A DNA stretch of 59,802 nt. It comes from a virus. Its lineage: Duplodnaviria > Caudoviricetes. The notes under the pieces are model-generated. The model searched no databases, had not been told where the DNA came from, and saw only the letters and a list, made by a program, of their open reading frames with translations. The translations under genes and the position numbers were made by a program. The stretch is from the IMG/VR virus record IMGVR_UViG_3300034167_000343, positions 1-59,802 of that record; one strand, written 5' to 3'. Position 1 is the stretch's first letter, and the number at the start of each line of letters is the position of its first letter. Below are positions 25,722 to 35,673 of this stretch, one piece after another.

Positions 25722-26600
25722 TTGGATCTTCCACGAGCCGTCCTAGAGGCGGAGCGAAAGGCAGAAGAGGCATTCACCCGTCTCAAGTCACCACCGCAAC
25801 CTACGGCCGAAGAGCCGGCGCCGCCTGCAACGCAGGACCCGCCTCCTCCACCGCCGCCACAGCCCGCCCCGACCCCGGGAGACGAGCCATGGGAAGCCCG
25901 GTACCGATCCCTGCATGGCAAGTACAACGCAGAGATCCCCAGGCTGAACGCTGCGCTGAAAGAGCGAGACGCTGATCTGTCAACGCTGCGGGAAGAAGTC
26001 GATGCCCTGAAGAGAGCAAAGGACAGGCAGTCACTCGTCAAGCCAGAAGAAATTCAGGAGTTCGGTGAGCCCTTGGTGGACCTGATCCGACGCGCAGCGC
26101 GCGAAGAGGTTGGGTCCAAAGACCACGAGATCTCCGAGCTGAAGTCGCAACTGAAGTCGATCAAGTCAACGTCTGAGCAAAGCACGGAGACCACCTTCTA
26201 CGAGAAGCTGGCCTCCGTGATCCCGGACTGGATGGCGATCAACGACGACCCTGAGTTCCACACATGGCTTGCCGAACACGATGAGCTGACCGGCTACCAG
26301 AGGCAAGAACTTCTTTCGCAGGCGGAGAAACGCAAGGACTCGAATCGGGTTGCGCGGTTCTTCGATGCCTTCAAAAAGACCCAGTCCAAGACCCAGGTTG
26401 CAGCAGTTGATTCACTGGAGTCGCAAGTCCCGCCCGTAACGTCGAGAGCCGACGCCCCTCCGCCCGGAAAGAAGATCTGGACGCGCGGAGAGATCGCCGA
26501 CTTCTACGCTCGTGACAAGCGCGGCGAGTACTCCGCTGAGCGATCTGCTGTGATTGAAAAGGACATCCAGGAAGCAGTACGCGACCGAAGGGTCCGATAA
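25722..26600 (+). CDS. Capsid scaffolding protein (putative)
   Basis: Pro-rich N-terminus, RYRSLHGKY motif and coiled coil; precedes the capsid gene; TTG start after AAGGAG (25716 is an alternative). Confidence 0.8.
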   Translation: MDLPRAVLEAERKAEEAFTRLKSPPQPTAEEPAPPATQDPPPPPPPQPAPTPGDEPWEARYRSLHGKYNAEIPRLNAALKERDADLSTLREEVDALKRAKDRQSLVKPEEIQEFGEPLVDLIRRAAREEVGSKDHEISELKSQLKSIKSTSEQSTETTFYEKLASVIPDWMAINDDPEFHTWLAEHDELTGYQRQELLSQAEKRKDSNRVARFFDAFKKTQSKTQVAAVDSLESQVPPVTSRADAPPPGKKIWTRGEIADFYARDKRGEYSAERSAVIEKDIQEAVRDRRVR

Positions 26601-26631
26601 GCCCCCTGGCTTCAACTCATAGAGGTTTCAT

Positions 26632-27615
26632 ATGTCTATCGCAGTCTCTGGAAACTACTACGGCGCCGGCAGCGGCACCGACTCCTACTCTGGCGCCTCT
26701 GGGTTCATCCCGGAGATCTGGTCTGGCAAGCTCCAGGTCAAGTTCTACAGGTCCACCGTTCTCGGTGAGATCACGAACAACGACTGGGAAGGCGAGATCA
26801 AGGGCTTCGGCGACAAGGTCAACATCCGGACCATCCCGACCATCACCGTCAACAACTACCAGAAGGGCATGAACCTGACCAATCAGGTTCCTGTCAGCAC
26901 CCCTCTGGAGCTGAACATCGACAAGGGCAAGTACTTTGCCGTTGTGCTGGACGACGTGGACAAGGTGCAGGCCGATGTCCAGTTGATGGACATGTTCACT
27001 GATGACGCCAGCCAGCAGATGAAGATCGCCATCGACGGTGACGTGCTGAGCGCCGCCTTCGCCGATGCGGCTGCCGCCAACAAGGGCGTCAACGCTGGTG
27101 CTTCGTCCGGCGGCATCAACCTCGGGGCCACGGGCGCCCCCCGCCAGATCACCAGCTCCACCGTTCTGGACATGATCCTGGACATGGGCCTGTGCCTGGA
27201 CGAGCAGAACGTGCCTGAGACCGGCCGTTGGGTGGTGATCCCGGCCTGGATGTCGTCGCTCATCAAGCGTTCGGACCTGAAGCAGGCGTACCTGACTGGC
27301 GACAGCGTCACGCCGCTGCGCAACGGCAAGCTGGGCATGATCGACCGGTTCATGGTGTACGTGTCGAACAACCTCGCAACGAGCGCCGACCTGGGCGCTG
27401 ATGCGGCCTCCGGCGGCACTGCTGCCAACGCCGACAGCACCGCCTGGAACATCATGGCCGGTACCCGGGACGCCATCTCGTTCGCTTCGCAGATCACCAA
27501 CGTGGAAAGCCTCCGTGCTCAGTCCACGTTCGGCAACATCATGCGCGGCCTGAACGTGTACGGCTACAAGGTCACCAAGCCTGAAGCCCTGGTCCACGGC
27601 TACATCAAGAAGTAA
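26632..27615 (+). CDS. Major capsid protein (HK97 fold, P22-coat-like)
   Basis: FIPEIWS, WEGEIK..GDKVNI and GLNVYG motifs; highly biased codons; followed by a terminator. Confidence 0.93.
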   Translation: MSIAVSGNYYGAGSGTDSYSGASGFIPEIWSGKLQVKFYRSTVLGEITNNDWEGEIKGFGDKVNIRTIPTITVNNYQKGMNLTNQVPVSTPLELNIDKGKYFAVVLDDVDKVQADVQLMDMFTDDASQQMKIAIDGDVLSAAFADAAAANKGVNAGASSGGINLGATGAPRQITSSTVLDMILDMGLCLDEQNVPETGRWVVIPAWMSSLIKRSDLKQAYLTGDSVTPLRNGKLGMIDRFMVYVSNNLATSADLGADAASGGTAANADSTAWNIMAGTRDAISFASQITNVESLRAQSTFGNIMRGLNVYGYKVTKPEALVHGYIKK

Positions 27616-27632
27616 GCCGCTCAGGCTTAACG

Positions 27633-27663
27633 AAGGGGAGTCAGGAAACTGGCTCCCCTTTTT
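27633..27663 (+). terminator. Rho-independent terminator after the capsid gene
   Basis: AAGGGGAGTCAG-GAAA-CTGGCTCCCCTT-TTT. Confidence 0.9.
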
Positions 27664-27666
27664 CAC

Positions 27667-27921
27667 ATGACCAGATTTTTGAAGCAGAAATGGTCTGGCC
27701 ACATATTCCCGTGGTCGGAGGCGCTGGCCGCGCGTGAGGATATGGAGCCATATGAGCCTCCAAAGCCCGTCCCGCCCGCATTACCTCCTGAAGCGCCTCC
27801 CGCGCCAAAGACTCCCACCCAAAATTCAAGGCCAGCGCCAGCGTTTCCTCCGCTGGATGCCGCCATCGAAACATTCCGCAGGGAGGCCAAGAGGCCCATC
27901 CGGAGAAAAGGTGAAGCATGA
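27667..27921 (+). CDS. Pro-rich hypothetical virion-module protein
   Basis: ORF between capsid and adaptor genes. Confidence 0.7.
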   Translation: MTRFLKQKWSGHIFPWSEALAAREDMEPYEPPKPVPPALPPEAPPAPKTPTQNSRPAPAFPPLDAAIETFRREAKRPIRRKGEA

Positions 27922-28628
27922 AGGTCTCTGACATCATTACTCGCGCCAGGATTCTCCTGAATGACCAGGACGGAACCCGCTGGCTTGACACTGAGCTGGT
28001 GAGCTGGATCAACGACGCTCAGAAGCTGATTTCCATGACCCGGCCAGATGCCAGCGTTGCAAACCAAGCGCTGACCCTGGTGGCTGGCACCAAGCAAGCC
28101 ATCCCCGCCTCAGGCTTCCGCCTCCTGGATGTTGTCAGGAATATTGGCGTCGACGGCGTGACCGGGGGTCGCTCTATCCGGATCGTTGACCGCGTGGTGA
28201 TGGATACCCAAGACCGGATGTGGCACACCTCCACGGCATCCGGGACGATCATTCACTTCATCTACGACAACCGCGACCCCAAAAACTTCTACGTTTACCC
28301 GCCGGCTGTGGCGGGGACGAAGATTGAGGTCATGTACTCCGTATCGCCGACGGAGATCGTCTACAACGTAGTAACCCCGGCAACCACGTTGAACACCGAC
28401 CTCACGGTATCTGATATCTACCTTGAGTCGGTTTTGAACTACGTGATGAGTCGCTGCTACTCGAAGGACGCTGAGTTCTCTCAGAACCCGCAGCTTGCGG
28501 GCGGGTATCTCCAGACGGTTTACTCGATGCTCGGCATCAAGACCCAGAAGGACGTCGCCTTCTCTCCTGACCTCAACAGCAAGGGCTCGATGCCCAGCGC
28601 TGCCGCCATCCAGGCGGGCGGTGTCTGA
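27918..28628 (+). CDS. Head-tail adaptor protein (DUF6682-like)
   Basis: RW...ELVSWINDAQ, RPDA, FYVYPP and YSKD motifs. Confidence 0.8.
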   Translation: MKVSDIITRARILLNDQDGTRWLDTELVSWINDAQKLISMTRPDASVANQALTLVAGTKQAIPASGFRLLDVVRNIGVDGVTGGRSIRIVDRVVMDTQDRMWHTSTASGTIIHFIYDNRDPKNFYVYPPAVAGTKIEVMYSVSPTEIVYNVVTPATTLNTDLTVSDIYLESVLNYVMSRCYSKDAEFSQNPQLAGGYLQTVYSMLGIKTQKDVAFSPDLNSKGSMPSAAAIQAGGV

Positions 28629-29281
28629 TGGCTCTGTACGAGGACTTTCTCTCCAGGGTCCTTGTGGAGGTCCCTGGCTGCGCTGATATCTCAGCGATCC
28701 TCGCCGTCAAAGATACCTGCATCGAGTTCTGCGAGAAGAGCCTCATCCTCACGCGCGACCACGACCCGATCACGATCTATCAGAACCAGGTCGACTACGA
28801 CCTTGAGGGTCCTGAGACTGGCACCGTGGTCATCAAGGTCATGCGGGCCTGGATTGAGAACACCCCCATCGAGCCGATGTTTCCGGACATCGTCACCGAT
28901 GCGTCGGTCTACAACCGGCTCTACGGCTCCTTCGAGGCGGCGCCCTCAATGCCGCAGCGGTATCTGCAAAAGTCAGAGCGCACGATCTCTGTCTGGCCGC
29001 TCCCTGACAAGACCTATGCGAATGGTCTGACCTTGCGCGTTGCGCTCAAGCCCGCCCGCAACTCTACTTCTGTTGACGACGTGATCTACGAAGACTACGT
29101 CGACGTCATTGCGGCGGGAGCCATGTCAAAACTCATGCGCTCCAGCGGCAAGCCTTACTCAGATCTTCGGCTGGCCGAGGGGCGCAGGGGAGAGTTCATG
29201 GCCGGCTTGAACGTCGCGCGTCAGCGCGCTGGTCACGGACACACACGCTCCAACCTTCGCGTGCGGCTGGCCAGGATTTAA
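28628..29281 (+). CDS. Second adaptor / tail tubular-like protein
   Basis: EVPGC, IEFCEKS, WPLPD and VALKP motifs; position. Confidence 0.75.
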   Translation: MALYEDFLSRVLVEVPGCADISAILAVKDTCIEFCEKSLILTRDHDPITIYQNQVDYDLEGPETGTVVIKVMRAWIENTPIEPMFPDIVTDASVYNRLYGSFEAAPSMPQRYLQKSERTISVWPLPDKTYANGLTLRVALKPARNSTSVDDVIYEDYVDVIAAGAMSKLMRSSGKPYSDLRLAEGRRGEFMAGLNVARQRAGHGHTRSNLRVRLARI

Positions 29282-29337
29282 GGCCCGAAACGGCAAATTC
29301 ACTGTTCGAAGAACCTAAAGGTAAAAAGGGGTAAATC

Positions 29338-29808
29338 ATGGCTGCAATGTCCGACTTTCTCGAAAACAAGATCGTTGACTTCATCTTCCGGGGGCAGGCC
29401 CTCGGTATCACGGGTGCATCCGCCACAGCGGGCTCTGGACCGACCAACCTCTATGTGGGCTTGTACACAGTGAACCCGTCAGATACCGGCGGTGGCACGG
29501 AGGTTTCTGGCGCTGGCTACACCCGCGTGACCATCTCCAGCTCGCTGGCGAACTGGGCAGGCACTCAGGCTGCGGCATCGACCGTCGCGTCTTCTGGCAA
29601 TACCGGCACCACCAGCAATAACGGCGCGATCACGTTCGGCACCCCGGGCGCTAACTGGGGCTCGATCACCGGGTTCGGTATTTTTGATGCTGTCACCGCC
29701 GGCAACCTGCTGATCTGGGGCGCGCTCACGACGCCAAAAACCGTTAACAACGGCGACGCCGCGCCAGCATTCAGCCCCGCCGCGTTGTCCATCCAGATCG
29801 ACAACTAA
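29338..29808 (+). CDS. Small virion fibre-associated protein
   Basis: MSDFLEN, LYVGLYT.NPSD...TEVSG..Y.RV, WG.IT..GIFDA...GNLL: widespread phage structural family. Confidence 0.85.
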   Translation: MAAMSDFLENKIVDFIFRGQALGITGASATAGSGPTNLYVGLYTVNPSDTGGGTEVSGAGYTRVTISSSLANWAGTQAAASTVASSGNTGTTSNNGAITFGTPGANWGSITGFGIFDAVTAGNLLIWGALTTPKTVNNGDAAPAFSPAALSIQIDN

Positions 29809-29822
29809 GCGGGCTGAACGAG

Positions 29823-30662
29823 GTGCTGTTCGTACCCGGCAACAGCTGGAACTTCGCGCTCTCCAACGTGAGCGCGACGCGGCCAGCGGCCGGCCGGGGC
29901 ACGGTCATCACCCCGGGCACGGCCCCCACCAAGGGCGCTTGGGCGCAGGCGCTGACCGGCGCCAACAAGTCCGCCGAGACCTTCGGCGTCCTGATCCACA
30001 TCAACAACGGAGCGACGGCGGCGGCCACCCGCAACCTGCATGTCGATGTCGGCATCGATGCGGCGGGCGGCACCAGCTACACGGTGGTCATTCCCGACCT
30101 GTTGGGGGGTCATGCCGCGCCGGCCACTATCGGTGGCATCTTCTACTACTTCCCGCTTTACATCCCCGCAGGTGCCTCGGTGGCAGTGCGAGCCGCGGGC
30201 AACGTGACCACGGCCTTCAACGTCAGCGTCACGGTGTTTGGCAAGCCGCGTCGGCCGGACTCGGTCATGGCGGGCCAGAAGGTGGTGGCGTTCGGCGCCA
30301 CAGCAGCGACTGCAACGGGAACCACTGTGACGGCGGGTACCACTGCCGAGGGTGCCTATGTCCAGCTTGGTACGGCCACCACGTTCCCGATCTGGTGGTG
30401 GCAGTGCGGCCTGACCTGTGTGGACACGACGATGACGGCCAACGCGCACGCCATTGACATTGCCACGGGCGACGCCACGACCAAGGATCTCGTCATTCAG
30501 GATGTGCTGTCGGTCTGGACCGCCAGTGAGCAGATCACAGCGCTGCCGGCGGTGGTCCCAGCTTTTGACCGTACCAACGCGGGTGCTTTGGTCTACGGGC
30601 GGGTGCAGTGTTCCGGCACGGCGGATACCGCGCTGTCCATGATGGCCTACGGGCTGGGGTAA
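29823..30662 (+). CDS. Putative virion beta-sandwich protein (two related halves)
   Basis: Repeated G-T-x-V/I-T-x-G...G-A-W/Y segments; GAGG RBS + GTG. Confidence 0.75.
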   Translation: MLFVPGNSWNFALSNVSATRPAAGRGTVITPGTAPTKGAWAQALTGANKSAETFGVLIHINNGATAAATRNLHVDVGIDAAGGTSYTVVIPDLLGGHAAPATIGGIFYYFPLYIPAGASVAVRAAGNVTTAFNVSVTVFGKPRRPDSVMAGQKVVAFGATAATATGTTVTAGTTAEGAYVQLGTATTFPIWWWQCGLTCVDTTMTANAHAIDIATGDATTKDLVIQDVLSVWTASEQITALPAVVPAFDRTNAGALVYGRVQCSGTADTALSMMAYGLG

Positions 30663-30666
30663 TCGA

Positions 30667-31014
30667 ATGGCTATTGCAGAACTCCACAGCGGCACCGCGA
30701 CCATCAGCACAGCGGAATACTCGCTGGTCACCAACAGCACCGTGCTGGGGTCCAGTACGGTGGACGGCATCTATCAGGTCTTTATTGATTTGGCGGCCAT
30801 GACGGCCACCGAAGAGTACGAGATCACCGTCAAAGAAAAAGCCATCGCCAGCAGCACCCAGCGCGTCGTGTTCCGGTCCACGGTGGCCGGCGTGCAGGGA
30901 TCGCCCATCTGGGTGTCTCCGAGCCTGATCCTGCACCACGGGTGGGATGTCACGGTGGACAAGATCGCCGGGACTGATCGCAGCATCGTCTGGTCGATTC
31001 GTCAGGTGGCGTGA
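30667..31014 (+). CDS. Putative virion protein (115 aa)
   Basis: Beta-rich ORF in the structural operon. Confidence 0.75.
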   Translation: MAIAELHSGTATISTAEYSLVTNSTVLGSSTVDGIYQVFIDLAAMTATEEYEITVKEKAIASSTQRVVFRSTVAGVQGSPIWVSPSLILHHGWDVTVDKIAGTDRSIVWSIRQVA

Positions 31015-31181
31015 TGGACTACCTCTGCCCGCAAGCCCACCTTCTATCGGTCACCGAGCACGCCGCCGCGCTGGATATCGTGATCGAGGCGCTGACGCTG
31101 GCGGCCGGTCAGTACCACGTCAGCACCGACCGGCCGTTCCCCCCGGAGCAGCTGGAGCACCTCGCCCTGACCGAGGTCTAA
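31014..31181 (+). CDS. Hypothetical protein (55 aa; not in ORF track)
   Basis: Hand translation MDYLCPQAH...LALTEV; TGATG overlap; exactly fills the gap. Confidence 0.65.
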   Translation: MDYLCPQAHLLSVTEHAAALDIVIEALTLAAGQYHVSTDRPFPPEQLEHLALTEV

Positions 31182-31182
31182 G

Positions 31183-32643
31183 ATGAGCTGGGGCTTTACC
31201 CCCCTGCTGCCGGGCGGGGCCCAGCAACTGGCAGGCATAGGTATAGCCGCGTCTGCGGCCTCAGCAACAACGGCCACCGCCGCCCTTACCACTTTGGTGG
31301 TCGGCGCAGAGCTTATTGACACTGCGGTTGGCACAAACACCGTTACCTTCGATCCCTGGGTACAGGCGGGCGACGTAGCAATCTGTATGGCGTTCCGGGA
31401 TGGCAGCGCGGTGCCGCCATCAGAACCTGCGGGACAGTTCGGGACTGCTATTACGGTCAACCTGCCGTCTAGCCAAAACTGGAATACAGTTGCCTACGGG
31501 AACAATAAGTTCGTAGCAGTAACTTTCCCTTCTATTTCCGCCGCCAGCCCTGACGGTGTAACTTGGACTCAGGGCACCCTGCCGACAAACCAGTCGGCCG
31601 CTGTCGGCTACGGCAACGGTTTATTCATATCACTTTGCTCAGGCAGCACTTCAGCTACTAGCACTGACGGTATAACGTGGACTCCGCGCACCATGCCGTC
31701 GGATTCACCTTGGGCGGAATTTGCCTACGGCAATGGCGTATTCGTAGCGATATGCTTTGGAACCGCCGAAGCCGCCACCAGCCTTGACGGCATAACGTGG
31801 AGCCCCCGCACCATGCCGTCTTCCCAAAACTGGGTTGACATTAAGTACGGTAACGGCGTGTTTTTGGCAATAGCCCTTGCCTCCAACGTAGCCGCCACCA
31901 GCCTCGACGGCATAACGTGGACTCCGCGCACCCTTCCGGCCACGCGAGACTGGACTTCACTCAGCTACGGCAACGGCGTTTTTGTGGCGATGGCCGGTGG
32001 CGCAAGTTCCGGTGCTGCCAGTAGCCCCGACGGTGCTGCTTGGACTACACGCACATTGCCGTCGAGCGGCGATTGGACTGGCCTTGCTTACGGCGGGGGC
32101 AGCTTCTTAGCAACATGCTTCAACAGCACCGCAGCCGCCACCAGCCCTGACGGTTTCACTTGGACCGCATTTACGCTGCCGGCCACCCAGTTTTGGAACG
32201 AAATCGCCTACGGCGATGGTGCTTTTGTGGTGGTATCTGGTAGCGCCATCACAGGGCTGAAAATTCCAATAGCCTCTGTCACAACCCTTGACGCCAGCGG
32301 GTCGGGCACGAGTTCCTCGCGACTGGTCTACCAAAAGCTCACGGTAGGCGGCGCTCAATCTATCGGCCCCTTCACCAACGCCACCTCAGTCGCGGCGGCG
32401 GTCTACCGGGGGCTCGATCCTGTCAACCCTGTACCGGGTTTTTCATTGGTTTCGGGGACGGGGACTATTGTCACTTTGCCTGCTGACACAACCGGGGCCA
32501 CTTCGTCGGTTGTCAGCTTTGCGGGGCACCAGAGCACCAACGTGACTTTCCCGGCGAGCCAAGCTGGTGTAGTCCGCCGCGCCCAGCAGATTGACGCTGT
32601 AGACGCCATCGTGGTCTATGACTCGGCGGGCGTGGCCGTATGA
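31183..32643 (+). CDS. Beta-propeller (Asp-box/BNR-like repeat) virion protein
   Basis: About 6-7 repeats of AYGNG.FVA...ATS.DGITWT..TLP. Confidence 0.85.
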   Translation: MSWGFTPLLPGGAQQLAGIGIAASAASATTATAALTTLVVGAELIDTAVGTNTVTFDPWVQAGDVAICMAFRDGSAVPPSEPAGQFGTAITVNLPSSQNWNTVAYGNNKFVAVTFPSISAASPDGVTWTQGTLPTNQSAAVGYGNGLFISLCSGSTSATSTDGITWTPRTMPSDSPWAEFAYGNGVFVAICFGTAEAATSLDGITWSPRTMPSSQNWVDIKYGNGVFLAIALASNVAATSLDGITWTPRTLPATRDWTSLSYGNGVFVAMAGGASSGAASSPDGAAWTTRTLPSSGDWTGLAYGGGSFLATCFNSTAAATSPDGFTWTAFTLPATQFWNEIAYGDGAFVVVSGSAITGLKIPIASVTTLDASGSGTSSSRLVYQKLTVGGAQSIGPFTNATSVAAAVYRGLDPVNPVPGFSLVSGTGTIVTLPADTTGATSSVVSFAGHQSTNVTFPASQAGVVRRAQQIDAVDAIVVYDSAGVAV

Positions 32644-35051
32644 GCTTTACAGCGGTCAACCTCAACGTAGGCGGTACCTCGGCGGAGTGGCGCGCCTATT
32701 CGGTTGAACTGGTGCCCTTGTCGAGCGGCATCGCAGGTTCTGCCGTCAGCGTCACCACGGTAACGGCTACGCTGACCTCGACGGCAACTCCGGCGCAACT
32801 GGCCTCATCCGTCTCGGCATCGACGGCCACGACAGCCGCGCTCACCGCCTCGATCCGGTTCGCCGCCACCGCAACGGCCGCATCCACGACCACGGCTGCG
32901 CTCACCACCTCGATCCGCTTCACGGCCAGCATCAGCGCCCTGAGCAGCGCCTTGAGCGCCGCGCTGACGACGCAGATCAAGCTCGCTGCCAACGTCGTGG
33001 GTGTGGTGGCGACCGGCGCCGACCTCGCAACCCAGATCAGGGTCCAGACCTCGGTCGCTGCGCAGACCACGACCACCGCTGGGCTGACGACCACCATCAG
33101 GCTGGCGGCGTCGGCCACGGCGCAGACGAATCGATTACTGGCATCGCTGAACACGGGCATCCCGCTCACTGCTTCAGTCGGTGCCAGCGCCGTTTCTACA
33201 GCGGCATTGCAGACCGGCCAGCGGTTTGCCAGCGCGGTTGCGGCATCAGTACAGACCACGGCGGGGCTATCGACCGCTATTCAGCTTGCCGGTTCAGTAT
33301 CGGCTGCGGCAACGGCCACTGCGGCTATTGCCACCTCGGCGGCGCTTGCTGGCTCAGCGGCGGCAGTAACGACATCGACCGCCAGCCTCACGACTGACAT
33401 CCTGCTGTCCGGCTCAGTCGCTGCCGTCACATCGACGACCGCTGGGCTGAACACAGCCATTCAACTGGCCAGCCCTGTTGCGTCTGTCACGACCACGTCT
33501 GCCGGTCTGACGGCCTCGATTCTTCTCGCGGGCTCGGTTGCTGCTGCTACATCGACGACCGCCGGGTTGTCCACGGTAATCACGCTTGCCAGCGCGGGGG
33601 CAGCGGTCACGACGACAACGGCCAGCCTGACGACGGCGATTCGTTTGATCGGCTCGGCGGCCAGCGTATCCACCGCTGACGCTTCCCTGGCCACCGCTAT
33701 TCGGTTGGCAAGCTCCGTCGTGGCCGAGGCGGCAGCGGCTGCCGAGATAAATGTAGCGGCGCGCTTTACCGCTCAAGCTCAGTCGCAGACCTCGACCGAT
33801 GCAGCCGTCACGACGGCCATCCGCCTCAACGCCACCACCACATTCCTGGCCAGCGTTACGGAGGCGACGCTCTCCGCCCAGACGCGATTCGCAGCCACAG
33901 TCACTGGCGCGGCGTCAGCGGCAGCAGACCTACAGACCGCGATCACCCTGGTCGCGGCAACGTCGGCCCAGACCAACACGGTTTTGGCGTCGCTGAACAC
34001 AGGCATTCCGCTTGTTGCGTCAGCTGAGGCCAGTGCGACTTCTGCGGCTGACCTACAGACCTCGATCACTCCGGCTGCGACTGCTTCGGCTCAGGTCACC
34101 GCCACTGCGGCCCTACAGACCTCGATCACCCTGGCGGCGTCGGCTTTGGTTCAGGCCACTGCCGCCGCAGACCTACAGACCGCGATTGCCCTGGCTGCGG
34201 GCGCTGCTGCACAGACCACTGCTGCCGCAGGCCTACAGACCGATATCACTCTGGCTGCGTCGGTCGAGGCCGCTGCAAATTCTGCCGCCAGCCTACAGAC
34301 CTCGATCACTCTGGCTGCGGATGTTTCGGTCCAGACCATCGCGGCTGCGGATCTAGACACCGCCATCACCCTGGTCGCGGATGTTTCGGCGCAGACGAAT
34401 AATGTCCTTGCCTCGCTGAACACGGGCATCCCGTTACTCGCCAGTGTTTCGGGCCAGACCACCGCTGCGGCTGACCTAGAGACAGCGATAACCCTGGCGG
34501 CGGCTGCTTCGGCGCAAACCGTCAGCGCGGCGGACCTAAGCGCAGCCCAGAGGTTCGTCAGTTCGTCGAGCGCCGTCACGAATGCGTCGGCGGATCTTCT
34601 GGCGGTTATCCGGCTGGCGGGATCCGTGTCGGCGAACAGCGCTGCCGAAGCTGTACTGCTGGTAAGCCCGAGGGTATCTAGCGCTGTCTCTGCGGTCGCA
34701 TCGGCGTCGGCGGATCTTTCTACGAGTCAGAGGCTCTTTGGCGCGGGGCTCTGCGGGGCCTCGACCTCTGCCGGTCTTCTGACTTCGATACGGGTGGGCG
34801 GCTTTGCTGCGGCGGTTGCGTCGGCTGCGGCGACCTTGAGCGTCTATCGCTTCACGGTCGGTGCCTCTTCCGATACCTCCTTCACCGGGGTCAGCCTCCG
34901 GTACATGCTCGCGCCTGCCGATTCGCTGTATTTAAGCGTCCAGGCCGAAGTCTTGGGGTTAACGGTGCCACCGGATACTCTATCGACTCGCCTGCCAGCC
35001 AGTACAAACAGTCTTAGCGTCCCGCCCGAAAACTTAGAGGTATCTGTATGA
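32640..35051 (+). CDS. Ala/Thr/Ser-rich fibre protein with ~20-aa tandem repeats
   Basis: Roughly 35 units of A.LxTxI.LAxSxxA; exact 60-bp DNA periodicity at 34051-34360. Confidence 0.85.
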   Translation: MSFTAVNLNVGGTSAEWRAYSVELVPLSSGIAGSAVSVTTVTATLTSTATPAQLASSVSASTATTAALTASIRFAATATAASTTTAALTTSIRFTASISALSSALSAALTTQIKLAANVVGVVATGADLATQIRVQTSVAAQTTTTAGLTTTIRLAASATAQTNRLLASLNTGIPLTASVGASAVSTAALQTGQRFASAVAASVQTTAGLSTAIQLAGSVSAAATATAAIATSAALAGSAAAVTTSTASLTTDILLSGSVAAVTSTTAGLNTAIQLASPVASVTTTSAGLTASILLAGSVAAATSTTAGLSTVITLASAGAAVTTTTASLTTAIRLIGSAASVSTADASLATAIRLASSVVAEAAAAAEINVAARFTAQAQSQTSTDAAVTTAIRLNATTTFLASVTEATLSAQTRFAATVTGAASAAADLQTAITLVAATSAQTNTVLASLNTGIPLVASAEASATSAADLQTSITPAATASAQVTATAALQTSITLAASALVQATAAADLQTAIALAAGAAAQTTAAAGLQTDITLAASVEAAANSAASLQTSITLAADVSVQTIAAADLDTAITLVADVSAQTNNVLASLNTGIPLLASVSGQTTAAADLETAITLAAAASAQTVSAADLSAAQRFVSSSSAVTNASADLLAVIRLAGSVSANSAAEAVLLVSPRVSSAVSAVASASADLSTSQRLFGAGLCGASTSAGLLTSIRVGGFAAAVASAAATLSVYRFTVGASSDTSFTGVSLRYMLAPADSLYLSVQAEVLGLTVPPDTLSTRLPASTNSLSVPPENLEVSV

Positions 35052-35332
35052 CCACTGTCCTTGGCAAATTCGTCAAGCAACCCGCCGAGATTCTTGATTA
35101 CGACGTGGATTTCACGGACTGGTTTGCGGGGCGGACGGACACCCCTGCGTCTTTCGTGGTCGTTGCTGAGCCCGGCATCACGGTGATCGGCTCAAGCCGA
35201 ACGGGTAATGTCGTCAAAACCATCCTGTCGGGGGGCACCAGCGGCAACAAGTACAAGATATCGGTCTTGCTGACTACGTCCGCCAGTCTGGTCAAAGAGG
35301 CGGATTACGTTGTCGCCGTTAAGGAGGCTTAG
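35048..35332 (+). CDS. Small Ig-like fibre adaptor protein
   Basis: KQP.E.LDYD.DF.DW and LSGG..G..Y motifs. Confidence 0.8.
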   Translation: MTTVLGKFVKQPAEILDYDVDFTDWFAGRTDTPASFVVVAEPGITVIGSSRTGNVVKTILSGGTSGNKYKISVLLTTSASLVKEADYVVAVKEA

Positions 35333-35427
35333 GTGGCGTTCAAGAATGCGACATCCCCAGTTATCTTTCTGGCTTACCGGGCGCTGCGGCGCCTACCGCC
35401 GCAACAAATAAACTGAGGCCCAAGGCC

Positions 35428-35673
35428 ATGGATGATCTGGCTCTTGAGGAGATGATCGAGCGCGCTGCAAAACGCGGCGCCAGAGAAGCCCTGGAATCCA
35501 TTGGCCTCCACGACAACAGCGCAGGCCATGACGTACGCGAGCTGCGCGGGCTCCTGGATGCCTGGAGGGGCGCCAAAAAGACGGTCTGGAGGACCATTAC
35601 CCAGGCGATCACGATGGCCGTTCTTGGGGCCTTGGCTGCCGGCTTGTTCATCCAGATCAAGGGCGGCAAATGA
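35428..35673 (+). CDS. DUF6127-like membrane protein (holin/antiholin candidate)
   Basis: AA.RGAR.AL..IGL.D..A..D.RELR.LLDAWR plus C-terminal TM; lies upstream of the lysis genes. Confidence 0.75.
   Translation: MDDLALEEMIERAAKRGAREALESIGLHDNSAGHDVRELRGLLDAWRGAKKTVWRTITQAITMAVLGALAAGLFIQIKGGK

Noticed and set aside
27600-27921. Capsid C-terminal extension by frameshift or readthrough
   Set aside because: TAA stop, no slippery site, and a terminator directly downstream.
33920-34500. CRISPR-like array from the 60-bp periodic repeats
   Set aside because: The repeats are degenerate, in frame and encode the 20-aa protein repeat; there are no unique spacers.
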